Shown here: positions 12,689 through 23,366 of the stretch, piece by piece
Layout: every line of letters starts with the position of its first letter
How positions within the stretch are numbered: the stretch's first letter is position 1
From: Camelus dromedarius
Taxonomy: Eukaryota
DNA length: 64,000 nucleotides
Reading direction: 5' to 3'
NCBI RefSeq assembly: GCF_036321535.1
Contig: NC_087437.1
Location: 110,672,001 to 110,736,000 of the forward strand
Position numbers and translations under genes: made by a program
Notes under the pieces: model-generated
Told to the model about the DNA's origin: nothing
The model's database searches: none
Seen by the model: only the letters and a program-made list of their open reading frames with translations

Positions 12689-13410
12689 TTTTTTTAGCTG
12701 AAGTACAGTTGAACGACAATGTTGCATTAGTTTCAGATGTATAGCTTAGTGAGTCACGGTTGTTTTTTTTTTACAGCTTACATTCCATTGTATGTGTTAC
12801 AAGATACTGGAAATAATTCTCTGTCTTATACAGTAAATTCTTGTTGCTTATCTATTTTATATGTAGTAGTTTGTATCTGTTAATCTCATGTCCCTAATTT
12901 ATCCATCTCCCCTTTCCGTTTGGTAACCCTTTGTTTTCTATGTCTTAGTCTGTTTCTGTTTTGTATATAAATTCATTTGTATTACTTTTTAGATTCTACA
13001 AATAAGCAATATCATATAGTATTTGTCTTTCTCTGTCTGACTTATTTCACTAAGCATAATATTCTCTAGGTCCATCCACGTTGCTGCAAATGACAATATT
13101 TCATCCTTTTCCACGAGCAAATAATAATAATATTCCATGGTATCCATGTCTTGGCTATTGTAAACAGTGCTGTTACAAACACTGGGGTACATGTATCTTT
13201 TTGAATTGGAGTTTTCTTTTTTTCCAGTATACACCCAGGAGTGGGGTTGCTGGATCCTGTCGTAGCTCTATTTTTAGTCTTTTAAGGAACCTCTATACTG
13301 TCTTCCATAGTGGCTATACCAATTTACATTGCCACCAATGGTGCAGGAGGGTTCCCTTTTCTCCACACTGTCTCCAGCATTTCTTTGTAGACTTTTTGAT
13401 AACCATTCAA
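12689..13410 (-). mobile_element. LINE-1 3' fragment (sense relative to TIAM1)
   Basis: ORF 12989..13234(-) encodes the L1 ORF2 C-terminal-like [29 protein letters not shown]1 3'UTR motifs follow. Confidence 0.9.
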
Positions 13411-13614
13411 GTCAGAATTTTTTTTTCCTTTAAATAGGACAGCAACAATCTAATTTCCAGCAAACAAATGTAATACAGTCCAAATTGACTGCCAATAGAG
13501 GGCAGAGAGAGATATTCAATATAAACTCAATATATCCACCCCATCAGAAGGCTTATAGTTGCAAAGACCAGGAGCCACCGTGAGTGGCATATGATCTTGA
13601 AAATGAAGGAAGTG

Positions 13615-13890
13615 TTACCAGTGGGGGAAGCGGGCGGGAAGGGATAAATTGGAGTTAGAGATTTGTAGATGCTAACTAATATATATAAAATAGATAAAGA
13701 AAAAATTTATACTGTATAGCACAGGGAACCATATTCAATATCTTGCAGTAACTTTTAGTGAAAAAGAATATGAAAATGAATATATGTATGTTCCTATATG
13801 ACTGAAGTGCTGTGCTGTATGCCAGAAATTGACACAACATTGTAAACTGATTATACTTTAATAAAAATATATTTTAAAATAAAGAAAGAG
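13615..13890 (+). mobile_element. 5'-truncated LINE-1 3'UTR with TSD
   Basis: L1 3'UTR motifs (ctgtatagcacagggaac, gacacaacattgtaaactga). Perfect 13-bp TSD aatgaaggaagtg (13602-13614 / 13891-13903). Confidence 0.9.
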
Positions 13891-14398
13891 AATGAAGGAA
13901 GTGATTAAAACTAAGAAACCAAGAAGACAAACTCATATGCTAAATAACCAGAAGATCCCTCATACTGAGATTCATGGCCAAAGACAAACCATGACAGCAG
14001 GATAAACAAAACAGAAGGACTCAAAACCCAAGTCCAGGATACTGTGAAACCGAGAGAGAGAAAAGGACAGACATCTCTGACATCAAGGGGACCCAAGACC
14101 AGAAAGATACCAGGATAAGAAGCCCCCAGAGAGGAAGGAGTGCTCAGTTGCTGAAATGATGCGTTCTTCCACCTCGAGACAGCCTAGGGGATCAGGGTCA
14201 TGCTTAGCCTATTACAAAACTATTTGAACTAATTTCAACAACAAGGTCAGAGTCCTGAGGGCTGAGGTGGAGGGAGGGGCAAGACAGAGAAATCAAGCCA
14301 GTGTTAAATCTTTCCATTGGTTTAGTCAGCAGGATTATTAAGTCATATTTCCTCCCTAAAGTGTCCTACCACAGAAGGCAGCATTTGGTTTCTCATTA

Positions 14399-14401
<3 letters not shown>

Positions 14402-14429
<28 letters not shown>
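14402..14429. repeat. (TG)14 microsatellite
   Basis: Read directly from the sequence. Confidence 0.95.
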
Positions 14430-14432
<3 letters not shown>

Positions 14433-15569
14433 ACATGTGCTAGGAACTTTTACATTGAACCCTGTGCACAGCAGGAAGCCACACTTCGGGACTAACAAGA
14501 GAGCAAGATGGGCTGATTTTAGAAGGCTTGGTGGCTTTTCAGGTCAGATGCAACCCTGTCTTCTAGGACTGGGAGACTCGAACTTCTCAATGTGCTGTGA
14601 GAACGTCTTCTGCCAACTGGGCGCTGAGAAGGGATGGTTTAGCGGAGGTTATTAGCCTTGGATGGCAGGCTTTCCAAAGCGAGGTCCAGGAGCTACAGAC
14701 AGTTTGCTACTGACAGCCATGGATGGACAGAAATCAAGACTCTGCACTGAGAACCTAGTCGTCCTATGCTGACACAAGCAAGGGCTTCCGTAGTTTACAA
14801 AAGCAGTGGTGGTCCAGGACAGATCTGAAATGAAAACAAACCCCCCAGCGCCCTGCTTCTGCGCGTCAGGTAGCGTGAGAAGCACTGCTGACGAGACCTT
14901 CGAGGCCGACGCGTCCACACCTTCAGTGCGGAAATGTAAACAGGCCCCGTGAGCACTCGGTCACTTTAATAAAAAAGTATAAGAAAGTATAGCGGTTTTA
15001 TGCCGAGCTTCTGAGTCCAAAAACCAACCAATCTTGGAATCTGACTCCAAGAGCTTTCAAAATTCAGCCCTCTCTTGCTTCTTGCTACATTTTTACCGTT
15101 ACTCAAGAGAAATTGAGTAAACCAAAGAGAAAAGAGTGACTGTCGTGGTGCCTTTCACTTGGCGGGGGACGCAGATGCTTGTTTACAGCGCTGCTGCCAG
15201 TTACTGCTTAGTTACTGAGGCCAGGCCTCTGCTGGCTCTCTCACACACGTCTATCCCTTGCCATCCAGAACATCCGCTGGCTATCTGATGTCTTTCACCG
15301 TAAGGTCAAGAAGTAAACAGCGTGAAGGTGTAATGCAAGTGGCCAGGGTTCAAAATTAGGTTCCCATCATGGGGCCAAAGCACTCCAGGAAGTGCTCCGA
15401 GACACAGACTGGTGGCCTGCGGGAGAGGCTGCGGAAGGAATCGAAGATGCTGCAGCCCAGAAAGGGGCTTAAAGATTATCAAATGCACAGAAGCCTCGTA
15501 AGTTCATTCAGAGAGCACTGGCAAGGGAGTGGCCTTTCTATCTTTTCACCAGGTTTTCTAACTCTCCTC

Positions 15570-15878
15570 TTTCTGGCACATAGTAGGACTACACTTCTCT
15601 GGCCCCCATCCAGGCGACTTGCTTGTACAAGTGAATTGGGAGTGAGCCAGCACCCGATTCACCACCTCTTCTCTTCCCCCTTTGCCAAGAGACAGACAAT
15701 GTCCCAGGTGGCAGCTGCCCCAGGCCTCTGTCCTAGAGTGAGGGCAACATACAGAAAGAGTCCCAGCCAGCCCAGGGAGGAGGCATGGCGAATACGAGAA
15801 AGGATTTCGCTGTTGTGAGCCCCTGAGCTTTGGTGACTGTCACTGACTCAGCTAACCTCGCCACCTCTGACTGATGGA
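15570..15878 (+). mobile_element. Degraded old LTR fragment (MLT1-late/LTR16-like)
   Basis: Contains gactacacttctctggcc...tgttgtgagcccctgag...ctgactgat. Similar in layout to 46380-46698. Confidence 0.5.
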
Positions 15879-16023
15879 GCCCCGATCCAGGACAGATTTC
15901 CCTATGTCTTTTACTCAACCGTCAACTCTATTACTATCCAAGTCATACAGTGTAGTGCTAAGAAGACCAGCCTTAAATATATGGAAGGGATTATATATTT
16001 AACTACAAGGGAATGCAGACAAC

Positions 16024-16563
16024 TGTGTGAAAACTCTTAACATAGCAGGCCTGACTGCTATTCTTTGAAAGGCCTGCTTACAAGTCTGGCTCCTGGCTGG
16101 CATCTGGGAACTTGGATTTTGGGAGGGTTCCCACTACACAAATGTGGCACATTGTGTCTAAAATTTGTACACAGTGTGGTTGATGCTGAACACCTGCTTT
16201 CCTCCTGGGAGTCTGGGAGGTTCGGTACACACTGGGCGGAGGGTACCAACATGACCAGTCTCCCAATAAAAACCCCGGGCACCGAATCACTGACAAACTT
16301 CCTACTAGACAAAATTTCACACACATCATCCCAGCTCGTGGCTGGGGGACTTGTGGACATCCTGTGGGACCGGGGCAGGACTTCTGGAAGCTTGCACCTG
16401 GTTTCCTTGGACTTCACGCCACGTGCCTCTCCCTTTTACTGATGCTGTTTTGTATAATTTTGCTGTAACAAATCATGGTCATGAATACAACAGGGAACTG
16501 AGTCTGGTGGACCCTCTTAGTGAATCGGGGAGCCTAGGGATGGGCCTGGAGACCCCAACACAC
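16024..16563 (+). mobile_element. ERV solo LTR, MER21-like
   Basis: Contains ctggctggcatctgggaacttggatttt, aataaaaacccc at about 16265, ctggaagcttgcacctggtttcc, and a terminal ggagaccccaacaca. Confidence 0.65.
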
Positions 16564-16954
16564 ACCAAAAGAAGTCCTTTTAACATCATTTGTGGGGGAA
16601 GGGAGAATATTACATATATTTGGGACACAGAGGTGTGAAAGGATCATTTCCTCATCACCAGGGCACATCATCATATAAAAGTCTACTCCCAATGTATCTA
16701 TTTCTTTTTGAAGACAGTAGACACCCTCCCCTAATGATCAAAGTTATGATATTTAAAGCTACAATCTTGGTCATGCCCTGGTAAATATCTCTTTTTTCCC
16801 CAAGTTTGGCTGTTGTGCAGAGCACAGAAGCCAGATGGGCTATCTGTTTTAAATAGGCCTCCAAGGCATTTTATTGAATTGTAAGTAAGTACATGTTTAC
16901 ACAGGAATTGTTTTAACTTGAAGAACACCCAAGATCAAAGAAAAGTAAACATAC

Positions 16955-17036
16955 CATAATTATCACCGGCTGTATCTGACTTCTCAATCTGGATGTGCTG
17001 AGTGACTTTTGGACAGATTTCAATTTCTTTGTACAG
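16955..17036 (-). CDS. TIAM1: TIAM1 coding exon (82 nt, phase 0-1): LYKEIEICPKVTQHIQIEKSDTAGDNY-G; start of PDZ
   Basis: Acceptor attttcag|CTG, donor TATG|gtatgt. Translated by hand. Confidence 0.96.
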
Positions 17037-17936
17037 CTGAAAATGACAAAGAGAAGTCTAATTAGGACTTCATCATAAATAACTTACGAGGCATGGTCAT
17101 CAATTTGTAAATCTATTTTTTCACAATTGGTACTTGAAATCAAATGCTCATCACATCCCAGGATTTGTCTTGTGCTGACCCCATTAAGACTCAGAGTGGA
17201 AACTTAGAACTCATATTCCCAAATTTAGCTACAGTTCTGGCTTCTAAACAATTCCTCAACATCACTCTGTATGTCTTTTCCCACCCTATACATGTCACAG
17301 ACCTGAAAATTAATGCTAAAGTAATCAAAAATCTCCAGTACAGGGGGGAAAAGATTATTAACCTCAGGAAGAGGTTGTAAGGGTCTTGATATGGGACCCA
17401 GAGAAATAGGAGTAATCTCTGTGCTTCCGTTCTCTTCTGTCCAGATACCATTTTTGCTCAAAAAGTCCACAGTAGTACAAATACATAGAGAAAAGTTACA
17501 GCATTGAGACAGGCAACAAATTATATAAATGAGGGTATTCCCTTTGAGCCCCCAAATTATATCAAATTAGCTAGAAGACTTAAGTACATAAATCAATCAA
17601 CTCTGGGAAACCCAAGGAAACACAGAAAAAGAGGTGAGGGAAACTGGTGGTTCACAGAGAAACTTTATTTCAATTAATCACTTAATTGATACTTCATGTT
17701 TGTACATCTGGACCTGGTATCGTCATGGACCATAACTTATGAAGGTTTTACCATGTATCTTTGCCCCTCCTACGCCCTCTATGAGACAAACATGATCCCC
17801 ATCTTACAAACGAAAAAGAAAAGGCCACAGAAAAAGTACTTTCATAAGGTCAGAGGCAAGCATGGGCAGAGCTGGATTTGAACCTAGATCTCAGTGGCTT
17901 CAGCACTGAAGTTCTCTCCACTAATAATGCCTCCCA

Positions 17937-17955
17937 GACCGCCCCCTGGTGGAAC
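17937..17955 (-). promoter_or_regulatory. Candidate CTCF site
   Basis: Minus strand GTTCCACCAGGGGGCGGTC matches the CCASYAGRKGGCR core exactly. Confidence 0.55.
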
Positions 17956-18721
17956 TTAGAGGGACCACAGCAAAGGGTACCAAACCGCTCTTCTTAGGTA
18001 AGTAAGCCGTTTCCCAAATTTGTGATAAAAAATCCAAAACAAATAAATGTGTCAAAGGCTCATATGGAATTTAAAAATCGTCATTTAATTTCAAAATGAA
18101 AAATCTACTTCAAGGCAAAGTCAAAAACAGAAAGCTGTCCTTCAGCACTAAAGAGAGGATTCAGCAATTATTTCAACTTGCTCCCATCTCTGACCACACA
18201 GTCATTTGTCCTGAAATAACTGCATTCTGACAAGTAAGAAACAAATGTAGGTTTCTTTCTCTTCACTGTCTTAGCGCAGTTGACAGGTGGGAGAGGCAAG
18301 CATAATGCTTAGAATTCAGAAGCCTGGAAAACAGGTAATGTTTCCTGCTGCAAAAGAAAGCCAAGGGGGGTGAGGGGGGTGGGCTAGGAGCGCCGACCCC
18401 ACAGCCCAGATCATCTACAACACCCCAATTTAATGCAACTGCCACCAAGTGCAATGTGCTAAGGGCATAACTTAAAGTGTTTCTATACTTCAGAAAAATT
18501 TTCACACAAATAAATTCTGCAGTCAGAAGAAAGCAGATCTAATTACTGATCTTTAGTTCAGAAAATACAGTCACCAAAATTATACATACCAAATAGAATA
18601 CATTTTATGACATGTTTTGTAATGTCACCGAATGCTCAATAAAATGTTACGACATGTATTGACTTCAACTTACTTTGAAACTTAGTTTTATTTTTCAATT
18701 TCCTTTCAAGCCAAACTCATC

Positions 18722-18739
18722 CACCACTAGGTGGCAGTA
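18722..18739 (+). promoter_or_regulatory. Candidate CTCF site
   Basis: CACCACTAGGTGGCAGTA matches the CCASYAGRKGGCR core exactly. Confidence 0.55.
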
Positions 18740-18879
18740 TACCACCATTTGTTCTAATCATCTCCAGAAAGTTCCAAATGGTTTCCCATCGATTCAGTGG
18801 GAATTTAGCTTTGTAAATAATCTTTCCTGTTCTTTCATTATATTACCTCCTACTCTTCTTTGTAATGGGTGTAAAAGTC

Positions 18880-18903
18880 TGTGTGTGTGTGTGTGTGTGT
18901 GTT
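18880..18903. repeat. (TG)~12 microsatellite
   Basis: Read directly from the sequence. Confidence 0.9.
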
Positions 18904-19269
18904 TTCCAACCAGTCTCAGAAAACAACAGTATAATACAGACAGGACCCCTTGGTCATGGCCCTTAGGCTGGTTGAACAAAAATTGGGTTTAGTGAAAGGC
19001 TCTAATAAAATATGTAAAATTTCAAGTAGGATCAGCACTTTGAAATATATTTTTGATATAATCACAATATCTGAAACCAGAAATCCTGAAATTGTGTAGT
19101 TTTTAAACATATTTCTAAAAAAGAAGAATCACACACATACATATTCCCTTTATTTTATTACATCAAGAAGGTTGCGTATTTTCCCCCTTTTCAAAAACCA
19201 GATTAAAGACCATCAGACTTTAAGAAACAATCTGATTACCCCGGCACTTGAGATATCACAAAATCACGG

Positions 19270-19960
19270 TAATTTCTTACCATGTCTCCTTTAGATGCCT
19301 GGTCCCAGCCACCATCACCCATTGCCTGGACTACAGCTCATTGGCCTCCTGCCTGCTTTCCCAGCTCCTGCCCTAATGCCCTAAGGTTCACTGGCCACAC
19401 ATAAGCCACAGTGAGCCTATAAGACAGAAGCCATGTCCTTCTTCTCTTGGGATTTCCCTTCTCATTTGGGCCCAACAAGACCGACGGTCCTGCCCTCCAT
19501 CTCCTGCAACCACCTCCCCATACCACCTCCGCACTTACCCTCCCCATGACAGGGGCAAACCACCTCCACCGCTGCCTCCCTGCCCCTGCCAGGGCCTCAC
19601 CTGGCTTTGTTATCTCAGCCAAGAACACTTCCCTCCAAAATACCTCTGTGACTCACCTTAGTCACCACCCTGTTCAAACCTCACATCTAAGGGAACAGCA
19701 CAATCGCTGTTAGATGTCTGTTTTTCTCTATCTGTTTGTCCTAACTTTTCTTCCCAAGCTCTTAACATCCCTTGAAATATCACACATTTCTTTGTTTTCA
19801 TTTTTTTAAAATGTACACGTTTTAAATCTGTCTCCACACACTTGAATGTATTTTCCGTAAAGCAGGGATTTTTCTGTGCCTCTCAGTGTCCAGAACAGTT
19901 AGAATGGTGCCACGCACACAATAAGTGCTAAATAAATTTTGCTGGATGAATGAATGAATA
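19270..19960 (+). mobile_element. LINE-2 3' fragment
   Basis: Contains ccaccatcacccattgcctggactac...tggcctcctg, and ends agtgctaaataaattttgctggatgaatgaatgaat (typical L2 tail). Confidence 0.7.
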
Positions 19961-20966
19961 CAGCAATCGAACAGTATTTCTGCAAACTCTTTAATCCCAC
20001 CTGTCACTTTAAGAAAAACCATTTTTAATATGGGGTTTTTAAAAAACCCAGTGCCTCTATTTTCATGATCATTCCATGGATTGGACTCAATAACCAGCTT
20101 ATCTTGAAAGAGAACCAAACTTTTCTTTTCATATAAACTTATGTTTTATATTAAAGCGTAATCAACGAAGCAGGTAAGTAGATGGCTAACTATTCACGGT
20201 CATTCATAAGCAAAAGAATCACTGGCCCCATCAAGTAACACACTAGATTCCTGCAAAAAAAAAAAATATGATACACACTTTTACTATTAACTACGGACCT
20301 TATGACTCAAGAATATTTGTCCAAACAATAGCAGAGAATAAAATGGTTTGGGATAGTCATCTGTGAATGAGCCATTTTTAAGGATAGGACTTGAAACATC
20401 TGTAAGCTTCCACAGTCCATCAAAAATAAAATGGAGGTGGGCTATGGAAACCAATTAGCCATGAATAGTCGGATGCTTGTTCAGTAAGGGACAATAAATC
20501 AAATATCTGTAAAATCTCGAAAAAGCATCCAGGAACACTGTGTATCCAGAAACACCCTGCCCTGGAATGACACCTCACCCAGTTTGATGGCCTCAAGTAA
20601 GGATCGGAAACCAGGGCTGTATATGTATAGAATTTAAGGGGTCTGTGACCTGGGATGGTGAGAAAACCCAACATTCTCATATTTACTAACCAGTGACTGA
20701 AACTTAGCATTTCCTTCAATCATAAATGAATGTGGGCAACAAACACAGCAATACGAGCAGTGCCTGTGACCCTGTCACACACAGAAACCACAGTTACTTT
20801 CATATCACATTCTAGCTAATGCTAATATCTCAAAATATTATTTATGCTCATCCCTACTCAAAACAGTGGCAGGTATCAGACACGGCTGGGTCTTACTATT
20901 TAATGAGTCAGTAAGTAAGCACATATATTTTCTATAATTAAGAAAATGTTTGTTTATGTATTGTAC

Positions 20967-21100
20967 TTTTTATTTATTTATTGGGGGGAAGTAATTAGGT
21001 TGACTTATTTATTTATTTTTATAGGAGGTACTGGAGATTAAACCCAGGACCTTGTATAAGCTATGCATAACACTCTACCACTTGAGCTATACCCTCCCCC
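20967..21100 (-). mobile_element. tRNA-Ala-derived SINE (vic-1-like)
   Basis: Reverse complement reads GGGGGAGGGTATAGCTCAAGTGGTAGAG...GGTCCTGGGTTTAATCTCCAGTACCTCC, then an (AAAT)n tail. Confidence 0.88.
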
Positions 21101-21134
21101 ACAAAGCTTTCATATTTCGTGTATATATATATAA

Positions 21135-21273
21135 TTTTTCTTTTTTGGGAGGGAGAAGTAGCTAGGCGTTTTGTTTTGTTTTGTTTTGAATTTTAATGGA
21201 GGTACTGGGTATTGAATCCAGGACCTCGTGCATGCTAAGCATGTGCTCTACCACTGAGCTATGCCCTCATCCC
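21135..21273 (-). mobile_element. tRNA-Ala-derived SINE (vic-1-like), adjacent to the previous copy
   Basis: Reverse complement reads GAGGGCATAGCTCAGTGGTAGAGCACATGCTTAGCATGCACGAGGTCCTGGATTCAATACCCAGTACCTCC, then an (AAAAC)n tail. Confidence 0.88.
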
Positions 21274-23261
21274 TTAAAAATATTTTTGATCACTATTTCA
21301 ACACAGTTAGGCCACAGTAATCCTATATATTCTATTCCATGCAACTGAAAATATTATTCTGAGATGGGATCTAGACGCTTCACCAGACTGCCAAAGGAAT
21401 TCTAAAAACAAAGAAGTTTAAAATTCTTGGTAAAAATAGAGGTGCCGGTGAGCAATACTCGTTTACAATCTGAACAATGAAGTGAGTAAGGCAATGACAT
21501 TTACTTCCTTAGGAATCTTGAAGCTGGAGAAGTTCTGCAACATGGCAAGAAAGAATGCCACGATCTCCCTGTATTTCAGATTCTTTTTTTAAAATTGTAA
21601 TTATAACATGGATACAGCCAGTGTAGATACAAACAGAGTAAGCTTCGCACACCTTAGTCTCCTCTATCGGATGAGACCACACCAATGGCCAAGACTTAAA
21701 AATAATAAGTGAGTCAGTATCATTTCAAAAGATACGGCTTACGCATCTGCTATAAGACATGAAGGACATGGAAGCTGGTTAGGTGTGACCCCTGTCATTT
21801 AGGATATATAAGATTCATTTACCCCAAGATGCAAAATACTTGCTCTAATAGCTATTCCAGTGTTAGCAGCAAACTGCTTCCTTTTTTTAAGTTAAAAAAA
21901 AAAAAAAGTAAAAAAAAAAAAGATTTTCTTTCCTCTACTCAGAGAGCACAAAGTCAGGGCTTTCCCCACGCCAGAGAAAAAGGAAATCAGCCACTGTTAC
22001 AAGTGCCTTCCTCTGTTAACACTTCACTGACTCAAGTGATGGTTGAAATTGGTCTTTTTGTTCTTCCACTTCGTGACATGGTAAGTGTTACCAAAGCACA
22101 CTCTCTCTTATATTCAATAAAAACACATAGAGGGAAACGAGGGACGTTTTCAAGATGACAGAAATGTTCCAAATTATGACTGCAGTGGTGGAAACAACTA
22201 CCTTTGTCAAAACTTATCAAATTGTGTGCTCAAAATTGGTGAGTTTTATTGTAGATAAAGCCAACCTCAAAAGAGTTGATTTGGAACTAAATTCCCTACT
22301 AAATTTTTAAATCACGCTTCCCCTTTTTCAAAAAGAGACTATTTGGGTTTAAATTTTCAGTGCTGTTTTCTGCGGTGAAACACGGTCTGAAGTCATACTG
22401 TTATCATTCACATATCCGTGGCAAGCAGCTCGGTGGCCCCCAGAGGAATGACCAAGTGCAGAGAAAGGAGAACAAACTCCAAGACAGAGGAGCCTTGCTC
22501 CCAAAATGTTTCTTTCCTGGAACTGAAAAATGTACCCCTTGGCGAACAAAAAAGGAACTCCTCATTGTTTTACCATGTTACCATGACAACAATTTACTGA
22601 GCATCTACTACATGAACCATTATCACTGATCTTTGCAAAATCCTAAAAAGTATCATCTCCTCTTTTTTTTTTTTTTTTGCCAAGACCACATAATTAGTAA
22701 GCAATAGAGCCAATATAAAAATCCAGCTCTAGTTCAAAACCCAAGTCCCGTAACAAAAACTGAACCTACATCAGTGTGCCCAAGAATCTATATAAATTTA
22801 ATTCCAAAAGGCCAGGACATATAATTAGATGTCAGCTTTTTCACTCAACAGGATTTTGACCCATCAATTTCAACATGCAGGAGGAAGTCACACAAAATTG
22901 AAGTTCGAACTCTATATGAGAACAGCCAGCTCACCCTTGAGTCACCCGCTTAAAACAAAAGACCATCAAAGCCGCAGGGGAAGCTAAGAATAATAGCAAA
23001 AATTCTATCTGAGAGTCAGTTCTGGATTTCAATTTGTCATGATAGCACAGCCTCATCCCCTGCATAAACTAAAGTGGCATTTCCGCTCTGTAGAAATATT
23101 GTGATATGTAAGGCCATCTCCACCAACTTAAGAGCTCTGGCTGAGGCTCATTTATTTTAGAATTCATTCCACTCCACCAACCACAATTAGCATGAGCACA
23201 CATATTTAATTTAAAAATAATCTCCTGCAGAATGTACTTGGATGACAGTCATAAACATTAC

Positions 23262-23366
23262 CAGCTCGTAAATGTCCTCCTCGGGCTTTGGGACGTAGTG
23301 CTGCATTTTGTTTTCTATTAGAAATTTCAGGCGCAGGTAATGAGCGGAATGATCCAGCTGATGTGT
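23262..23366 (-). CDS. TIAM1: TIAM1 coding exon (105 nt, phase 0-0): THQLDHSAHYLRLKFLIENKMQHYVPKPEEDIYEL; RBD
   Basis: Long poly-T tract then gcatcgcag|ACA, donor CTG|gtaatg. The peptide lies in ORF 23211..23453(-). Confidence 0.97.

Larger units (their letters stand above)
20610..21430. mobile_element. Probable hAT-Charlie-type DNA transposon remnant interrupted by two SINEs
   Basis: The end segment ctgagatgggatctagacgcttcaccagactgccaaagg...aagtttaaaattcttg resembles Charlie termini as remembered. Boundaries are approximate. Confidence 0.45.

Noticed and set aside
12989..13234. ORF resembling the C-terminus of a reverse-transcriptase protein
   Set aside because: Decayed L1 ORF2 tail with an internal deletion, not a functional gene.
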